A stretch of 47,884 nucleotides of DNA from Planctomycetota bacterium (GTDB lineage: Bacteria > Planctomycetota > Planctomycetia > Planctomycetales > Planctomycetaceae): positions 1-47,884 of the forward strand of contig JAYTFV010000224.1 in NCBI GenBank assembly GCA_043734065.1. Direction: 5' to 3'. The number at the start of each line of letters is the position of its first letter. Within the stretch, counting starts at the first letter, position 1. The notes beneath the pieces were generated by a model. That model did not search any database. It worked only from the letters and a program-made list of their open reading frames with translations, and was not told the origin of the DNA. The position numbers and the translations under genes are program-made. Of the stretch, positions 1 to 8,424 are shown in pieces.

Positions 1-128
1 GGCATGAATTCCTCAGTGACCGCCCCGAAGGCTCTGGCCTTCGGCTGAGTTCTCACGCCCCAGGAAATTGATTCACTTCCCGTACGCTGCCGTGTATCAT
101 CCCCTGCACCAATCACAGGGGAACAGAC

Positions 129-593
129 ATGAGCCACGCTGCGTTGATTGTCGATTACCTCGCCGGTCCGGTGGCCCTGCGGCAGGCCATTCAAGGAATG
201 ACTCCCGCCCAGCTCAACTCCGCCCCGATCCCCGGCAAGTGGTCGACGCGGCAGGTGATCTGCCACATCGCCGACTTCGAGCCAGTCTACGCCGACCGCA
301 TCAAGCGCGTCATTGCCGAGGACGAGCCGCTGCTGCTGAGCGGCGACCCCGACCAGTTCGCCGCCAAGCTGGCCTATGACCAGCGCGACCTGGAGACGGA
401 ACTGCAGCTGATCGAGGTCGTCCGAAGGCACCTCGCTGGCATCCTGCGGACGCTGCCCGTCAAGACGTTTCAGCGAGCGGGGAAGCATTCTCACGATGGT
501 CTGCTGACGATCGAGACGCTGCTGACCCGCATCACCGGCCACATCCCGCATCACGTGAAGACGATCGCCGAGAAGCGGGCGGCGCTGGGGTGA
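129..593 (+). CDS. DinB-family (DinB_2-like) helical-bundle protein
   Basis: The ORF starts at ATG 129 and encodes 154 aa. The His-containing pattern 'VICHIADFE' ... '[12 protein letters not shown]' and the size are typical of the DinB/YfiT-like superfamily. Codon usage matches the high-GC flanks. Confidence 0.7.
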   Translation: MSHAALIVDYLAGPVALRQAIQGMTPAQLNSAPIPGKWSTRQVICHIADFEPVYADRIKRVIAEDEPLLLSGDPDQFAAKLAYDQRDLETELQLIEVVRRHLAGILRTLPVKTFQRAGKHSHDGLLTIETLLTRITGHIPHHVKTIAEKRAALG

Positions 594-601
594 GGTGAGC
601 G

Positions 602-1222
602 CTACCCAAAGAGCGAATAGAAAATCTCCTCGAAAGGATTTAATCCGTACTGACTGCTTTGCCAGGCGAACAGGAAGTATCCCAGCAGTACCGCTCCATT
701 GATGATGGCCGCCTTGCGAGCCGTCTGGCGAAGTGAGGGACGAACTGGTTCTTTCGAAATCAAATACACTCCCAGCAGGTACGTGGAGTAAAACTCCAGC
801 GGCAGGAATATCAGCCCCACAATCGAGGTCACAAAAGCCCGCTTGATCCGCTGCTCCCGCTGATTCAAAGGAGCGTCCTTCTCGGCGTCCAACTCGGGGC
901 TGACTGGAGGGGTGGACTCGGACTCTGCGGGCGGTTCCTCGCCCTCTTCCATCGTTGTCTCCGGGGGAGTGTCCCACTCATCCCCGATCTCATCCGTCAT
1001 GGGCGACTTCTGCTCCAGGACTTTGATCGCCGCATCCACATCCGACGAGTCGACCTGCAGCTGCACCCCTCGGAAGGCGTTTGCGAACTCCAGCCAGTTC
1101 ATGGTGACGGAGTGTTCGTTTTGCAGGATCGAGCGAATCCCCGCCTCCTCCAGATAAATCCGCGCGAGGCGGGCTTCTACCGGATCCCAGTATGTCCCAA
1201 TGGTGACCAGCGACTGGCTCAT
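602..1222 (-). CDS. DUF2007-like N-terminal domain protein with acidic linker and C-terminal transmembrane helices
   Basis: The start codon is ATG (cat at 1220-1222). The N-terminus 'VTIGTYWDPVEARLARIYLEEAGIRSILQNEH' resembles the DUF2007 putative signal-transducing fold. An E/P/T-rich linker follows, then two hydrophobic stretches (IVGLIFLPLEFYSTYLLGVYLI and AAIINGAVLLGYFLFAW). Confidence 0.6.
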   Translation of the reverse strand: MSQSLVTIGTYWDPVEARLARIYLEEAGIRSILQNEHSVTMNWLEFANAFRGVQLQVDSSDVDAAIKVLEQKSPMTDEIGDEWDTPPETTMEEGEEPPAESESTPPVSPELDAEKDAPLNQREQRIKRAFVTSIVGLIFLPLEFYSTYLLGVYLISKEPVRPSLRQTARKAAIINGAVLLGYFLFAWQSSQYGLNPFEEIFYSLFG

Positions 1223-1449
1223 GCGTGTCTCCTCGGGGGTGTTTCTTTGGTCACCTCGACCAGCCCAGCAGACTCGGTCGCAGGGGAACAGTTGGCAACA
1301 GGTGACATCCTCGTCGGAAGAGCAAGGCCGATCAAGGATGTACCGGGGAAAGAAGCGGGTGGGGGTGCATTCGCCAGCCAGACTTCACGGGGCTGCGACT
1401 CACAACGCCGGACTAGGCCACCTCGCCTCCCCCTCGCTGCCACACTTCT

Positions 1450-1776
1450 TCAGAATTGCGGCTTAATGCATCGATCCCAGACCTCTCGCACTTGAATCGC
1501 GTCGGCGTTGGACAGTGTTCCCAGCGGGTGCCGCAGCAACGACTGTTCCAAACAATCCAGCCGGGCCAGGCGGACGGTGGACGGCACCCGCAACCCAGCT
1601 GCCGCCCACTCTTGCAGCAACACATCGGACTGCGAACGCGGAGCAGCGGATGTCACTGCCGCGACGACCGCATCAGCCCCCTCGATCCACAGCACCAGAA
1701 TTGGCCGCCGCTTGGATGCGGCCCCGTTCGTAAATGCAATGTCGGCCACCCACAAATCACCGGCCCGGACAGTCAT
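1450..1776 (-). CDS. PemK/MazF-family type II toxin (mRNA interferase-like)
   Basis: 'VRAGDLWVADIAFTNGAASKRRPILVLW...VVAAVTS...GLRVPSTVRLARLDCLEQSLL' fits the MazF/PemK SH3-like barrel pattern (GD-W-V-D ... RP-LVL ... TS). I chose the internal ATG at 1774-1776; the tracked ORF extends to 1821. The gene overlaps the upstream small ORF by 20 nt. Confidence 0.7.
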   Translation of the reverse strand: MTVRAGDLWVADIAFTNGAASKRRPILVLWIEGADAVVAAVTSAAPRSQSDVLLQEWAAAGLRVPSTVRLARLDCLEQSLLRHPLGTLSNADAIQVREVWDRCIKPQF

Positions 1777-1978
1777 CGTACAGCCCCTCATCGGCGGGTG
1801 AGAAACTGTCCAGGAAAGCACTGTGATCTCGCATCGGCCCGGAGGCAGGCTGTGTCGTTTGAATGATGATCGTCCACCGGCCTTCCCCCACGCTGTCGAT
1901 CATGGCTGGGGGAAGTGACAGTTTCTCCCCGTGTCCCAATTCGATTTGATAGATCAGACGTTCCAATTGAGCTTGCAT
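1757..1978 (-). CDS. putative antitoxin (possibly AbrB/SpoVT-like) of the MazF-like toxin
   Basis: This 73-aa ORF starts at ATG 1976-1978 (tracked ORF to 2026), lies immediately upstream of the toxin and overlaps it. 'KLSLPPAMIDSVGEGRWTIIIQ' resembles a swapped-hairpin AbrB-like strand pair, and the tail is acidic. The call rests mainly on position. Confidence 0.5.
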   Translation of the reverse strand: MQAQLERLIYQIELGHGEKLSLPPAMIDSVGEGRWTIIIQTTQPASGPMRDHSAFLDSFSPADEGLYDDCPGR

Positions 1979-2032
1979 CGTAATTCGTCCTCTGTCGTGG
2001 GAACGGTCCCCCTTGCACGGGTCCATTCTCGC

Positions 2033-2707
2033 TCACAACGCCGGGTCTGCCAACCCCGCATCGGCGAAACCCTTGGCCCGGAGCAGGCAACTGTCGCAAT
2101 GCCCGCACGGGACGCCGCGCGGGCCAGGGTCGTAGCAACTGTGAGTCAGGCTATAGTCGACACCGTGCGACATACCGAGGGCGATGATCTGAGCCTTGGT
2201 GAGGTGGATCAGCGGCGTGTGAACGCGGAAGCGAGTGCCCTCGACTCCGGCCTTGGTGGCGAGGTTCGCGAGCTGTTCGAAGGCAGTGATGAACTCGGGA
2301 CGGCAGTCGGGGTAGCCGCTGTAGTCGACGGCATTGACGCCCAGGAAGAGATCGTGCGCTCCGAGGATCTCCGCCCAGCCGAGAGCCACGGACAGAAAGA
2401 TCGTGTTGCGGGCCGGGACATAAGTGATCGGAATCCCGGTCGACATTTGCGACTCGTCGCGGTCTTTTGGCACGGCGATGTCCGAGGTCAGCGCCGAGCC
2501 GCCAAACACCCGCAGGTCGAGCGGACAGACCCGATGCTCGCAGGCCCCCAGTGCCGCGCTCACCCGCGCCGCAGCCTCCAGTTCATGGCGGTGCCGCTGC
2601 CCGTAATCAAACGACAGGGCATGACAGGCGAACCCCTGCCTCCGGGCCACCGCCAACACGGTCGCCGAATCCAGTCCGCCACTCAATAAGACCACTGCGG
2701 GCTGCAT
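2033..2707 (-). CDS. queC: 7-cyano-7-deazaguanine synthase QueC
   Basis: The N-terminal PP-loop '[14 protein letters not shown]', then 'SFDYGQRH', and the C-terminal Zn cluster '[10 protein letters not shown]' are diagnostic of QueC. The protein is 224 aa. Confidence 0.95.
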   Translation of the reverse strand: MQPAVVLLSGGLDSATVLAVARRQGFACHALSFDYGQRHRHELEAAARVSAALGACEHRVCPLDLRVFGGSALTSDIAVPKDRDESQMSTGIPITYVPARNTIFLSVALGWAEILGAHDLFLGVNAVDYSGYPDCRPEFITAFEQLANLATKAGVEGTRFRVHTPLIHLTKAQIIALGMSHGVDYSLTHSCYDPGPRGVPCGHCDSCLLRAKGFADAGLADPAL

Positions 2708-2949
2708 GCCACGATTCCGCTTCGAATTTCGTCAAGAGGTGCTGTGGTGTTCCCCGAGAGACATCGACGCCGGGATTTTAGAGGCTTGTCTCGACAAATG
2801 CACCGCGTCACGAGTGGGGGGACGAGAGCCAATGGGAAATGAGCGAGAGCCTCGCGACCGACCTCTGGAATCTGTGAACGGAACCATTGAGCGGGTTCTG
2901 CCGACTGGTTGTTTCCCGATCACCACAAGCCCGGAGGGATGGCCGGAAA

Positions 2950-3690
2950 AATGTTGGGCCAACCCTGTACACAGCGACCAACGGGAGCGCCGCCCTGGGT
3001 CATGGGTTCCGATTTCGATCCAGCCGTGTCAGGGCGAAACAACCCGCCGTGGCGCGCCGTTGTGTCGCCCCTACAGGGCTTGAACTCCTCTCGTCCTTCA
3101 AACCCAAGGCGGCGCTTCGCGGCATTCGCCGCTACGCTCTGCTCTGGGCTGATCTGTCGCTGCCCCTTCGGGGCGTTTCGGAGGTGCCCATCAAAACCCC
3201 GGCGACAGATTCGCATCCACCGAGACCATGACGCCACTCAACCATCCCCAGTGCCGCACGCCCTGAAAGGGCAGCCACAAACCAGCCCAGGGCACAGCGA
3301 CCGAAGGGAGCGCCGCCCTGGGTCACGATCCCCATCGAGGCCGCAGCCCTGTAAGGGCGAAACAACACGCCGTGGTACGACCTTGTGCCGCCTTTTCAGG
3401 GCTTGGGCTCCTCTCGTATTCAAACCCAGCGCGGCGCTGCGCGGCTCACGCCGCTACGCTCTGCCCTGGGCTGATTTGTCACTGCCCCTTCGGGGCGATT
3501 CGGACATGGTCTCCGAAACTCCGGCTGTCCGATCCGCATCCACCGAGACCATAACGTGACTCGATCATACCAGACGCCCTGAAAGGGCCAAACAAACCAG
3601 CCCAGGGCACAGCGACCATCGGGAGCGCCGCTCTGGGTTATGGGTTCCAATATGACCCCAGCCCTGTAAGGGCGAAACAACCCGCCGAAG
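2950..3690. repeat. intergenic tandem repeat with a ~315-323 bp unit, about 2.3 copies, full of short GC hairpins
   Basis: The anchor 'acagcgacc..gggagcgccgccctgggt' occurs at 2971, 3294 and 3609. The anchor 'gccccttcggggc' occurs at 3162 and 3484. Each unit carries the hairpins gccctgaaagggc, gccctgtaagggc and cccagggc...gccctggg. Confidence 0.85.
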
Positions 3691-3916
3691 CAATGCCCAG
3701 TACAGTCCAGAGATGGCTTGAGTCCGTCTAACCCGTCAACAAACAGAGGGCGAATTCCCGTCATCGTGTGCTACTGCTCTGTGGGCAGTGCTTCTTGGAA
3801 ATCGGCATTGCCGGTGGATCAGCACGGATCACAGAGCCGTGGCACACGCAACCACTTCGATCGGGCCACCCCGCCCCCAGAGTAATATTGACCTGTTCAC
3901 GCCGCCGCATACTCGT

Positions 3917-4702
3917 CTACGCAAACGGCGGTGAGTTGACGACTCTGATGAGCCTTTCAACATATGCGAATGCCTGTGCTTGAGTGGCTTCGAATGTGTT
4001 GGCGTGAGCAAAGGAATTGCGCTCATCAAGAAGCACCTGAAGTTGACGATGCGTTTTAGTCGAGAAATCACACAACGATCCTGTTGCATCGCGACATATA
4101 TCGAGAACAAAGACTTCTTTTTCTTTGTAGAAATCCTGGTAATCGCCCACAATCCTGCCACCGTCTTTTTGGGTGCGATTCTGAAGCAGCGAATTGAAGT
4201 CTTGTAGACGACTGGGGTCACGGAATATCCATTCGCGAATCATGTCGAATCCAAAACACCAGGCCATTACGATGGCTGGACGATAGGACTTGGCACGAAG
4301 GCACTGAATAGTGTCCTGTATCAATGCCGCTTGTGTATCCGTCATGAGTCCTTTCTCAGCCTTCTGATTCAGGAAGACCAAGTCTGCAGGTATCGTTTTT
4401 CGATCAGAAACAATGATTGAAAAGGAACCGATATCATCGTATGCAACAGATTTCGCAGGCTCCAACAAGCCTTGAAACTGCGTCATATTCAGCTCGCTCA
4501 ATTTAGCGTTGCACTGACAGGATTGGGCCAGCTTCTCATACGGGCCAAAGGCAGTCAGAGTCCGGTCAAGACCGCAAGATGCCAACATCTCCGCCAACTC
4601 GCGTGCAAGCTCATAACGTCGGATAGCATTCACCTCATGCTTCAAGAGGCAAAAGAACTCACCGATGCGAGCTAGCACTTTAGGATTGTCAAATCGGGCC
4701 AT
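3917..4702 (-). CDS. hypothetical protein with a C-terminal HEPN-like domain (R-x4-H motif 'ERNSFAHAN'); possible Abi/defence-type RNase
   Basis: The ORF is 261 aa with ATG at 4700-4702. Its GC is clearly lower than the flanks: lines 4021 and 4081 count 45% and 38%. The helical C-terminal half ends with 'LLDERNSFAHAN', matching the HEPN Rx4-6H signature. I do not recognise the N-terminal ~125 aa. Confidence 0.6.
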   Translation of the reverse strand: MARFDNPKVLARIGEFFCLLKHEVNAIRRYELARELAEMLASCGLDRTLTAFGPYEKLAQSCQCNAKLSELNMTQFQGLLEPAKSVAYDDIGSFSIIVSDRKTIPADLVFLNQKAEKGLMTDTQAALIQDTIQCLRAKSYRPAIVMAWCFGFDMIREWIFRDPSRLQDFNSLLQNRTQKDGGRIVGDYQDFYKEKEVFVLDICRDATGSLCDFSTKTHRQLQVLLDERNSFAHANTFEATQAQAFAYVERLIRVVNSPPFA

Positions 4703-4736
4703 ACTCGTCCTCTGCGATCTATTGCTTTGCTCAAAA

Positions 4737-7700
4737 CTACTCCGCCTTGAACTCCAGCGTCAGTAGCAAATCCCCGGTCTCCACCGCATCACCTGGCTTC
4801 ACGCGGACATCGCGGACGGTGCCGTCGCGGTCGGCGTAGATGGAGGTCTCCATCTTCATGGCTTCCAGGGTCAGAAGCTTCTGGCCCTTGGTCACGGCCT
4901 CACCGGACTTCACGGGGGCGAGGACGACCATGCCGGGCATGGTGGCGCCGATTTCGGCGGGGTCATCGGGGTCGGCTTTGGCGCGGGCGGCTTGTTGGGG
5001 GGCGGCAGAGGCGTCGGTGATCGTCACATCGCGGGGTTGGCCGTTGAGTTCGAACGAGACGGTTCTCGTGCCATCGGGATGCGGCTGGCCGACGTTCAGG
5101 AACTTGATGAACAGGGTCTTGCCCGACTCGATGTCGAGCGTGATCTCGTCGCCGGGCTGCATGCCGTAGAAGAAGTTCGGCGTGGGGAGGACGCTGGTGT
5201 CGGAGAACTTGCGGCGGTGGGCGGCGTAGCCTTCGTAGACCTTGTTGTAGAGCAGGTACGACAACGTGTGCCGCTTGAGCCACACTTCCTCGACCGGCTC
5301 GCCCGCCAGCAGTTCGACGATCTTCTTGCGGGCGGCTTCGAAGTCGGCATCGGGCAGTTCGGCCCCCGGTCGTCCGGTGAACGGCTTCCGATCGCCGAGG
5401 ATGCGCTTCTGCACTTGCAGCGGGAATCCGCCCGGCGGCTGGCCCATCGCTCCACTGATGAGGTCGATGACCCCCTCGGGGAACGACAGCTCGCGCGTGC
5501 CGTTGAGCACCTCATCGCACGTGAGATTGTTGGCCACCATGAACAGGGCCATGTCCCCCACCGACTTCGAGGTCGGCGTCACCTTGACGATGTCGCCGAA
5601 CATCTGGTTCACTTCGGCATACAGGCGGCAGACCTCGCTCCAACGGTCTTCGAGGCCGAGCGACCGAGCCTGCTCAAACAGGTTCGTGTACTGTCCACCC
5701 GGCATCTCGTGGTTGTAGAGATCCGCAGTCCCGGCCAGCGGATCACTCTCGAACGCGGTGTAGAACTGCCGCACCGACCGCCAGTATTCGGCGACCTCGT
5801 CGAGCGTCCGCGTATCGAGGCCGGGGTCGCGCGGCTGGAACCGCAGCGACTCGCTGAGCGTGTTCAGGTTCGGCTGGGAGGTGCCGCCCGAGAGCGGAGC
5901 CATCGCACAGTCAACGATGTCGACGCCGACATCGGCGGCCCGCAGATAGGACGCCGCCTGAATCCCATTGGTGTCATGCGTATGGAAGTGAATCGGGATG
6001 CCGATCTCCTGCTTCAGCGTCTTCACGAGCTTGGCAGCTGCCTCGGGTTTGCACAGCCCGGCCATGTCCTTGATGGCCAGAATATGAGCCCCCATCCGTT
6101 CCAGCTCCTTGGCCAGATTCACGTAATACTTGAGGTCGTACTTTGTGCGATTCGGGTTGGTGATATCGCCGGTGTAGCAGATGGCCGCCTCGCAGATGCC
6201 GCCCGCGTTGCAGACCGCGTCCATCGCCACCTGCATGTTCGGCACCCAGTTCAGGCAGTCAAACACGCGGAACACATCGTTCCCGCACTGGTACGCTTCC
6301 TTCACGAACTCGCGCACGATGTTGTCGGGGTAGTTCGTGTAGCCGACGGCGTTCGAGGCCCGCAGCAGCATCTGAAACAGGATGTTCGGACAGGCTTTGC
6401 GCATCTCGGCCAGCCGGTCCCACGGGCACTCCTTCAGGAACCGCATCGTCGTATCGAATGTCGCCCCACCCCACATCTCCATCGAGAAGAGCTGGGGGAG
6501 TTTCTCGGCATAGATCGGCGCGATCTGCAGCAGATCGAACGTCCGGACGCGTGTCGCGAGCAGTGACTGATGCGCATCACGGAACGTGGTGTCAGTGATG
6601 AGCAGCTGCTTCTGATCGAGAATCCACTTCGAGAGTCCCTTGGCCCCCTGATCGAGGAAGACCTGGCGTGCTCCAGTGGGCAGCGGGTCTTTGGTGTCGA
6701 CGGTGCGGTTCGATTTGGGAATCGGCGCGGGCAGGATGCGCTTTCCGACGGGTCGCCCCTTCACCAGGGCATTCTTATTGACGATCACATCGCCGAGGTA
6801 CGACAGGATTTTGGTCGCCCGATCGCGCCGCTTGGGGATCGTCCGCAGCTCGGGGGTGTCGTCAATAAAGCGAGTCGTGCAGAGTCCCGAGATAAACTGC
6901 GGGTGAGCGAGCAGATTGATGAGGAACGGAATGTTGGTCTTCACGCCGCGCACACGGAACTCGGCCAGACTCCGTTCCATCCGCGAGATCGCATCGACGA
7001 ACCGTCGTCCGCGAGCGGTCACCTTGACCATCAACGAGTCATAGTAGGGCGTGACGACGGCACCCGAGAAGGCGGAACCCGCATCCAGCCGGACCCCCAT
7101 GCCACCCGTCGACCGGTAGTGAGCAATGCGTCCGTAGTCGGGCGTGAAGTTGTTCTCCGGATCTTCGGTCGTGACCCGGCACTGGATCGCAAAGCCGTTG
7201 GTCTTGATGACGCTTTGCGAGGTCATGCCGATTTCGGGATCGTCGAGGCGGACCCCTTGCGCGATCAGAATCTGCGACTTCACAATGTCGAACCCGGTGA
7301 CTTCCTCCGTGACGGTGTGTTCGACCTGGATGCGGGGGTTGACCTCAATGAAGAAGTATTGGTTCGTGTCGGCATCGACGAGGAACTCCACCGTGCCAGC
7401 GTTCTCGTAACCGACTTGTTTGCCGATGTTCACAGCTGCTTGGCAGAGAGCCTCGCGGACCTTCGGATCAAGGTTCGGTGCCGGGGCCAGCTCGACCACC
7501 TTCTGGTGCCGCCGCTGGACCGAGCAGTCACGCTCGAATAGATGAACCAGATTCCCGTGCTTGTCGCCGAGCAGTTGGACTTCGATATGCCGGGCGCGGC
7601 GGATGTACTTCTCGATGAAGATGTCGGGGCTGCCGAAGGCGGTGAGCGATTCGCGGCGGGCGGTTTCGTAAGACGCGATGAACTGGTCTTCGCTCTCGAC

Positions 7701-8219
7701 GACGCGCATGCCCCGTCCACCGCCGCCGTGTGCCGCCTTGAGGATCACCGGGTAGCCGAGCTTCTTGGCGGCGATGACTCCTTCGTCCGCGTCTTTGAGG
7801 GCGTCGTCAGTGCCGCTGAGAATCGGAGCCTTCGCCAGGATCGCGATCTTGCGGGCGGCTGTCTTGTCACCGAGAGCTTCGAGGTGCTCAACCTTCGGCC
7901 CGACGAAAATGATTCCGGCATCGGCACAGGCCTGCGCGAACGCGGGCTTTTCGGACAGGAACCCGTACCCCGGATGGATCGCATCGGCCCCGGCCAGTTT
8001 CGCAGCGGCAATGATCCCCGGAATGTTCAGATACGATTTAATCGGCTCGCCAGGAACGCCGATCTGGTACGCCTCATCCGCCTTAAAGCGATGCAGCGCA
8101 TACCGGTCCTCATAGGCGTACACCGCCACCGTCCGAATCCCCAATTCATGGGCCGAGCGGAACACACGGATCGCAATTTCGGACCGGTTGGCAACGAGCA
8201 GCTTGGTGATGGCGGGCAT
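4737..8219 (-). CDS. pyc: pyruvate carboxylase (single-chain biotin carboxylase + carboxyltransferase + biotinyl domain)
   Basis: The protein is 1160 aa. It has an N-terminal ATP-grasp biotin carboxylase ('KLLVANRSEIAIRVFR', 'GGGGRGMRVV'). The central HMGL-like carboxyltransferase carries 'TTFRDAHQSLLATR' and 'HFHTHDT'. The C-terminal biotin attachment site is 'LEAMKME'. Confidence 0.97.
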   Translation of the reverse strand: MPAITKLLVANRSEIAIRVFRSAHELGIRTVAVYAYEDRYALHRFKADEAYQIGVPGEPIKSYLNIPGIIAAAKLAGADAIHPGYGFLSEKPAFAQACADAGIIFVGPKVEHLEALGDKTAARKIAILAKAPILSGTDDALKDADEGVIAAKKLGYPVILKAAHGGGGRGMRVVESEDQFIASYETARRESLTAFGSPDIFIEKYIRRARHIEVQLLGDKHGNLVHLFERDCSVQRRHQKVVELAPAPNLDPKVREALCQAAVNIGKQVGYENAGTVEFLVDADTNQYFFIEVNPRIQVEHTVTEEVTGFDIVKSQILIAQGVRLDDPEIGMTSQSVIKTNGFAIQCRVTTEDPENNFTPDYGRIAHYRSTGGMGVRLDAGSAFSGAVVTPYYDSLMVKVTARGRRFVDAISRMERSLAEFRVRGVKTNIPFLINLLAHPQFISGLCTTRFIDDTPELRTIPKRRDRATKILSYLGDVIVNKNALVKGRPVGKRILPAPIPKSNRTVDTKDPLPTGARQVFLDQGAKGLSKWILDQKQLLITDTTFRDAHQSLLATRVRTFDLLQIAPIYAEKLPQLFSMEMWGGATFDTTMRFLKECPWDRLAEMRKACPNILFQMLLRASNAVGYTNYPDNIVREFVKEAYQCGNDVFRVFDCLNWVPNMQVAMDAVCNAGGICEAAICYTGDITNPNRTKYDLKYYVNLAKELERMGAHILAIKDMAGLCKPEAAAKLVKTLKQEIGIPIHFHTHDTNGIQAASYLRAADVGVDIVDCAMAPLSGGTSQPNLNTLSESLRFQPRDPGLDTRTLDEVAEYWRSVRQFYTAFESDPLAGTADLYNHEMPGGQYTNLFEQARSLGLEDRWSEVCRLYAEVNQMFGDIVKVTPTSKSVGDMALFMVANNLTCDEVLNGTRELSFPEGVIDLISGAMGQPPGGFPLQVQKRILGDRKPFTGRPGAELPDADFEAARKKIVELLAGEPVEEVWLKRHTLSYLLYNKVYEGYAAHRRKFSDTSVLPTPNFFYGMQPGDEITLDIESGKTLFIKFLNVGQPHPDGTRTVSFELNGQPRDVTITDASAAPQQAARAKADPDDPAEIGATMPGMVVLAPVKSGEAVTKGQKLLTLEAMKMETSIYADRDGTVRDVRVKPGDAVETGDLLLTLEFKAE

Positions 8220-8346
8220 GTTGGATGGTCAGGTGGGAGTCAGCGCGGGGCGGTGTCCTCAAAGAAGCATGAGGACTGCGCATTGTGAGGCGTAGCGCCC
8301 ATAGGTGGCAAGCCAGTTGCGGACTCGTCATCAGACTATGGAGAAA

Positions 8347-8409
8347 TTCGGGCTTGGGGCTTGGGGCTTCGGGCTTCGGGCTTCGGGCTTCGATATTCGA
8401 TATTCGAAT
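8347..8409. repeat. heptanucleotide tandem array, 9 consecutive 7-nt units
   Basis: The read-out is ttcgggc ttggggc ttggggc ttcgggc ttcgggc ttcgggc ttcgata ttcgata ttcgaat. The array lies in the 205-nt spacer between the giant-gene stop (8425) and the pyc start (8219). Confidence 0.9.
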
Positions 8410-8424
8410 TTCTCTTTGCCAGCC

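Noticed and set aside
2708-2800. preQ1 riboswitch expected upstream of queC
   Set aside because: The minus-strand leader contains 'gcctctaaaatccc'. It lacks the preQ1-I stem-loop plus the A-rich tail ending in CUA(G/A)G, and I could not fold a preQ1-II/III core either.
2909-3559. 216-aa plus-strand ORF and overlapping ORFs in the queC-upstream region
   Set aside because: They are read straight through the ~320-bp tandem repeat. The 'protein' is itself a repeat of hairpin translations (..RRERRPGS..PCKGETTRRG..), so it is not a gene.
2950-3690. Possible CRISPR array or hammerhead-type ribozyme in the tandem repeat
   Set aside because: The period is ~320 bp with no 25-40-nt direct repeats separated by unique spacers, so it is not CRISPR. 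'ctgatctg/ctgatttg' and 'cgaaac' are present, but the CUGAUGA core and the helix arrangement of a hammerhead are not.
4992-8288. Several long plus-strand ORFs (524, 323 and 248 aa) within the pyc locus
   Set aside because: They are antisense to pyruvate carboxylase, whose motifs are unambiguous. They are low-complexity Arg/Leu/Gly-rich shadow ORFs.
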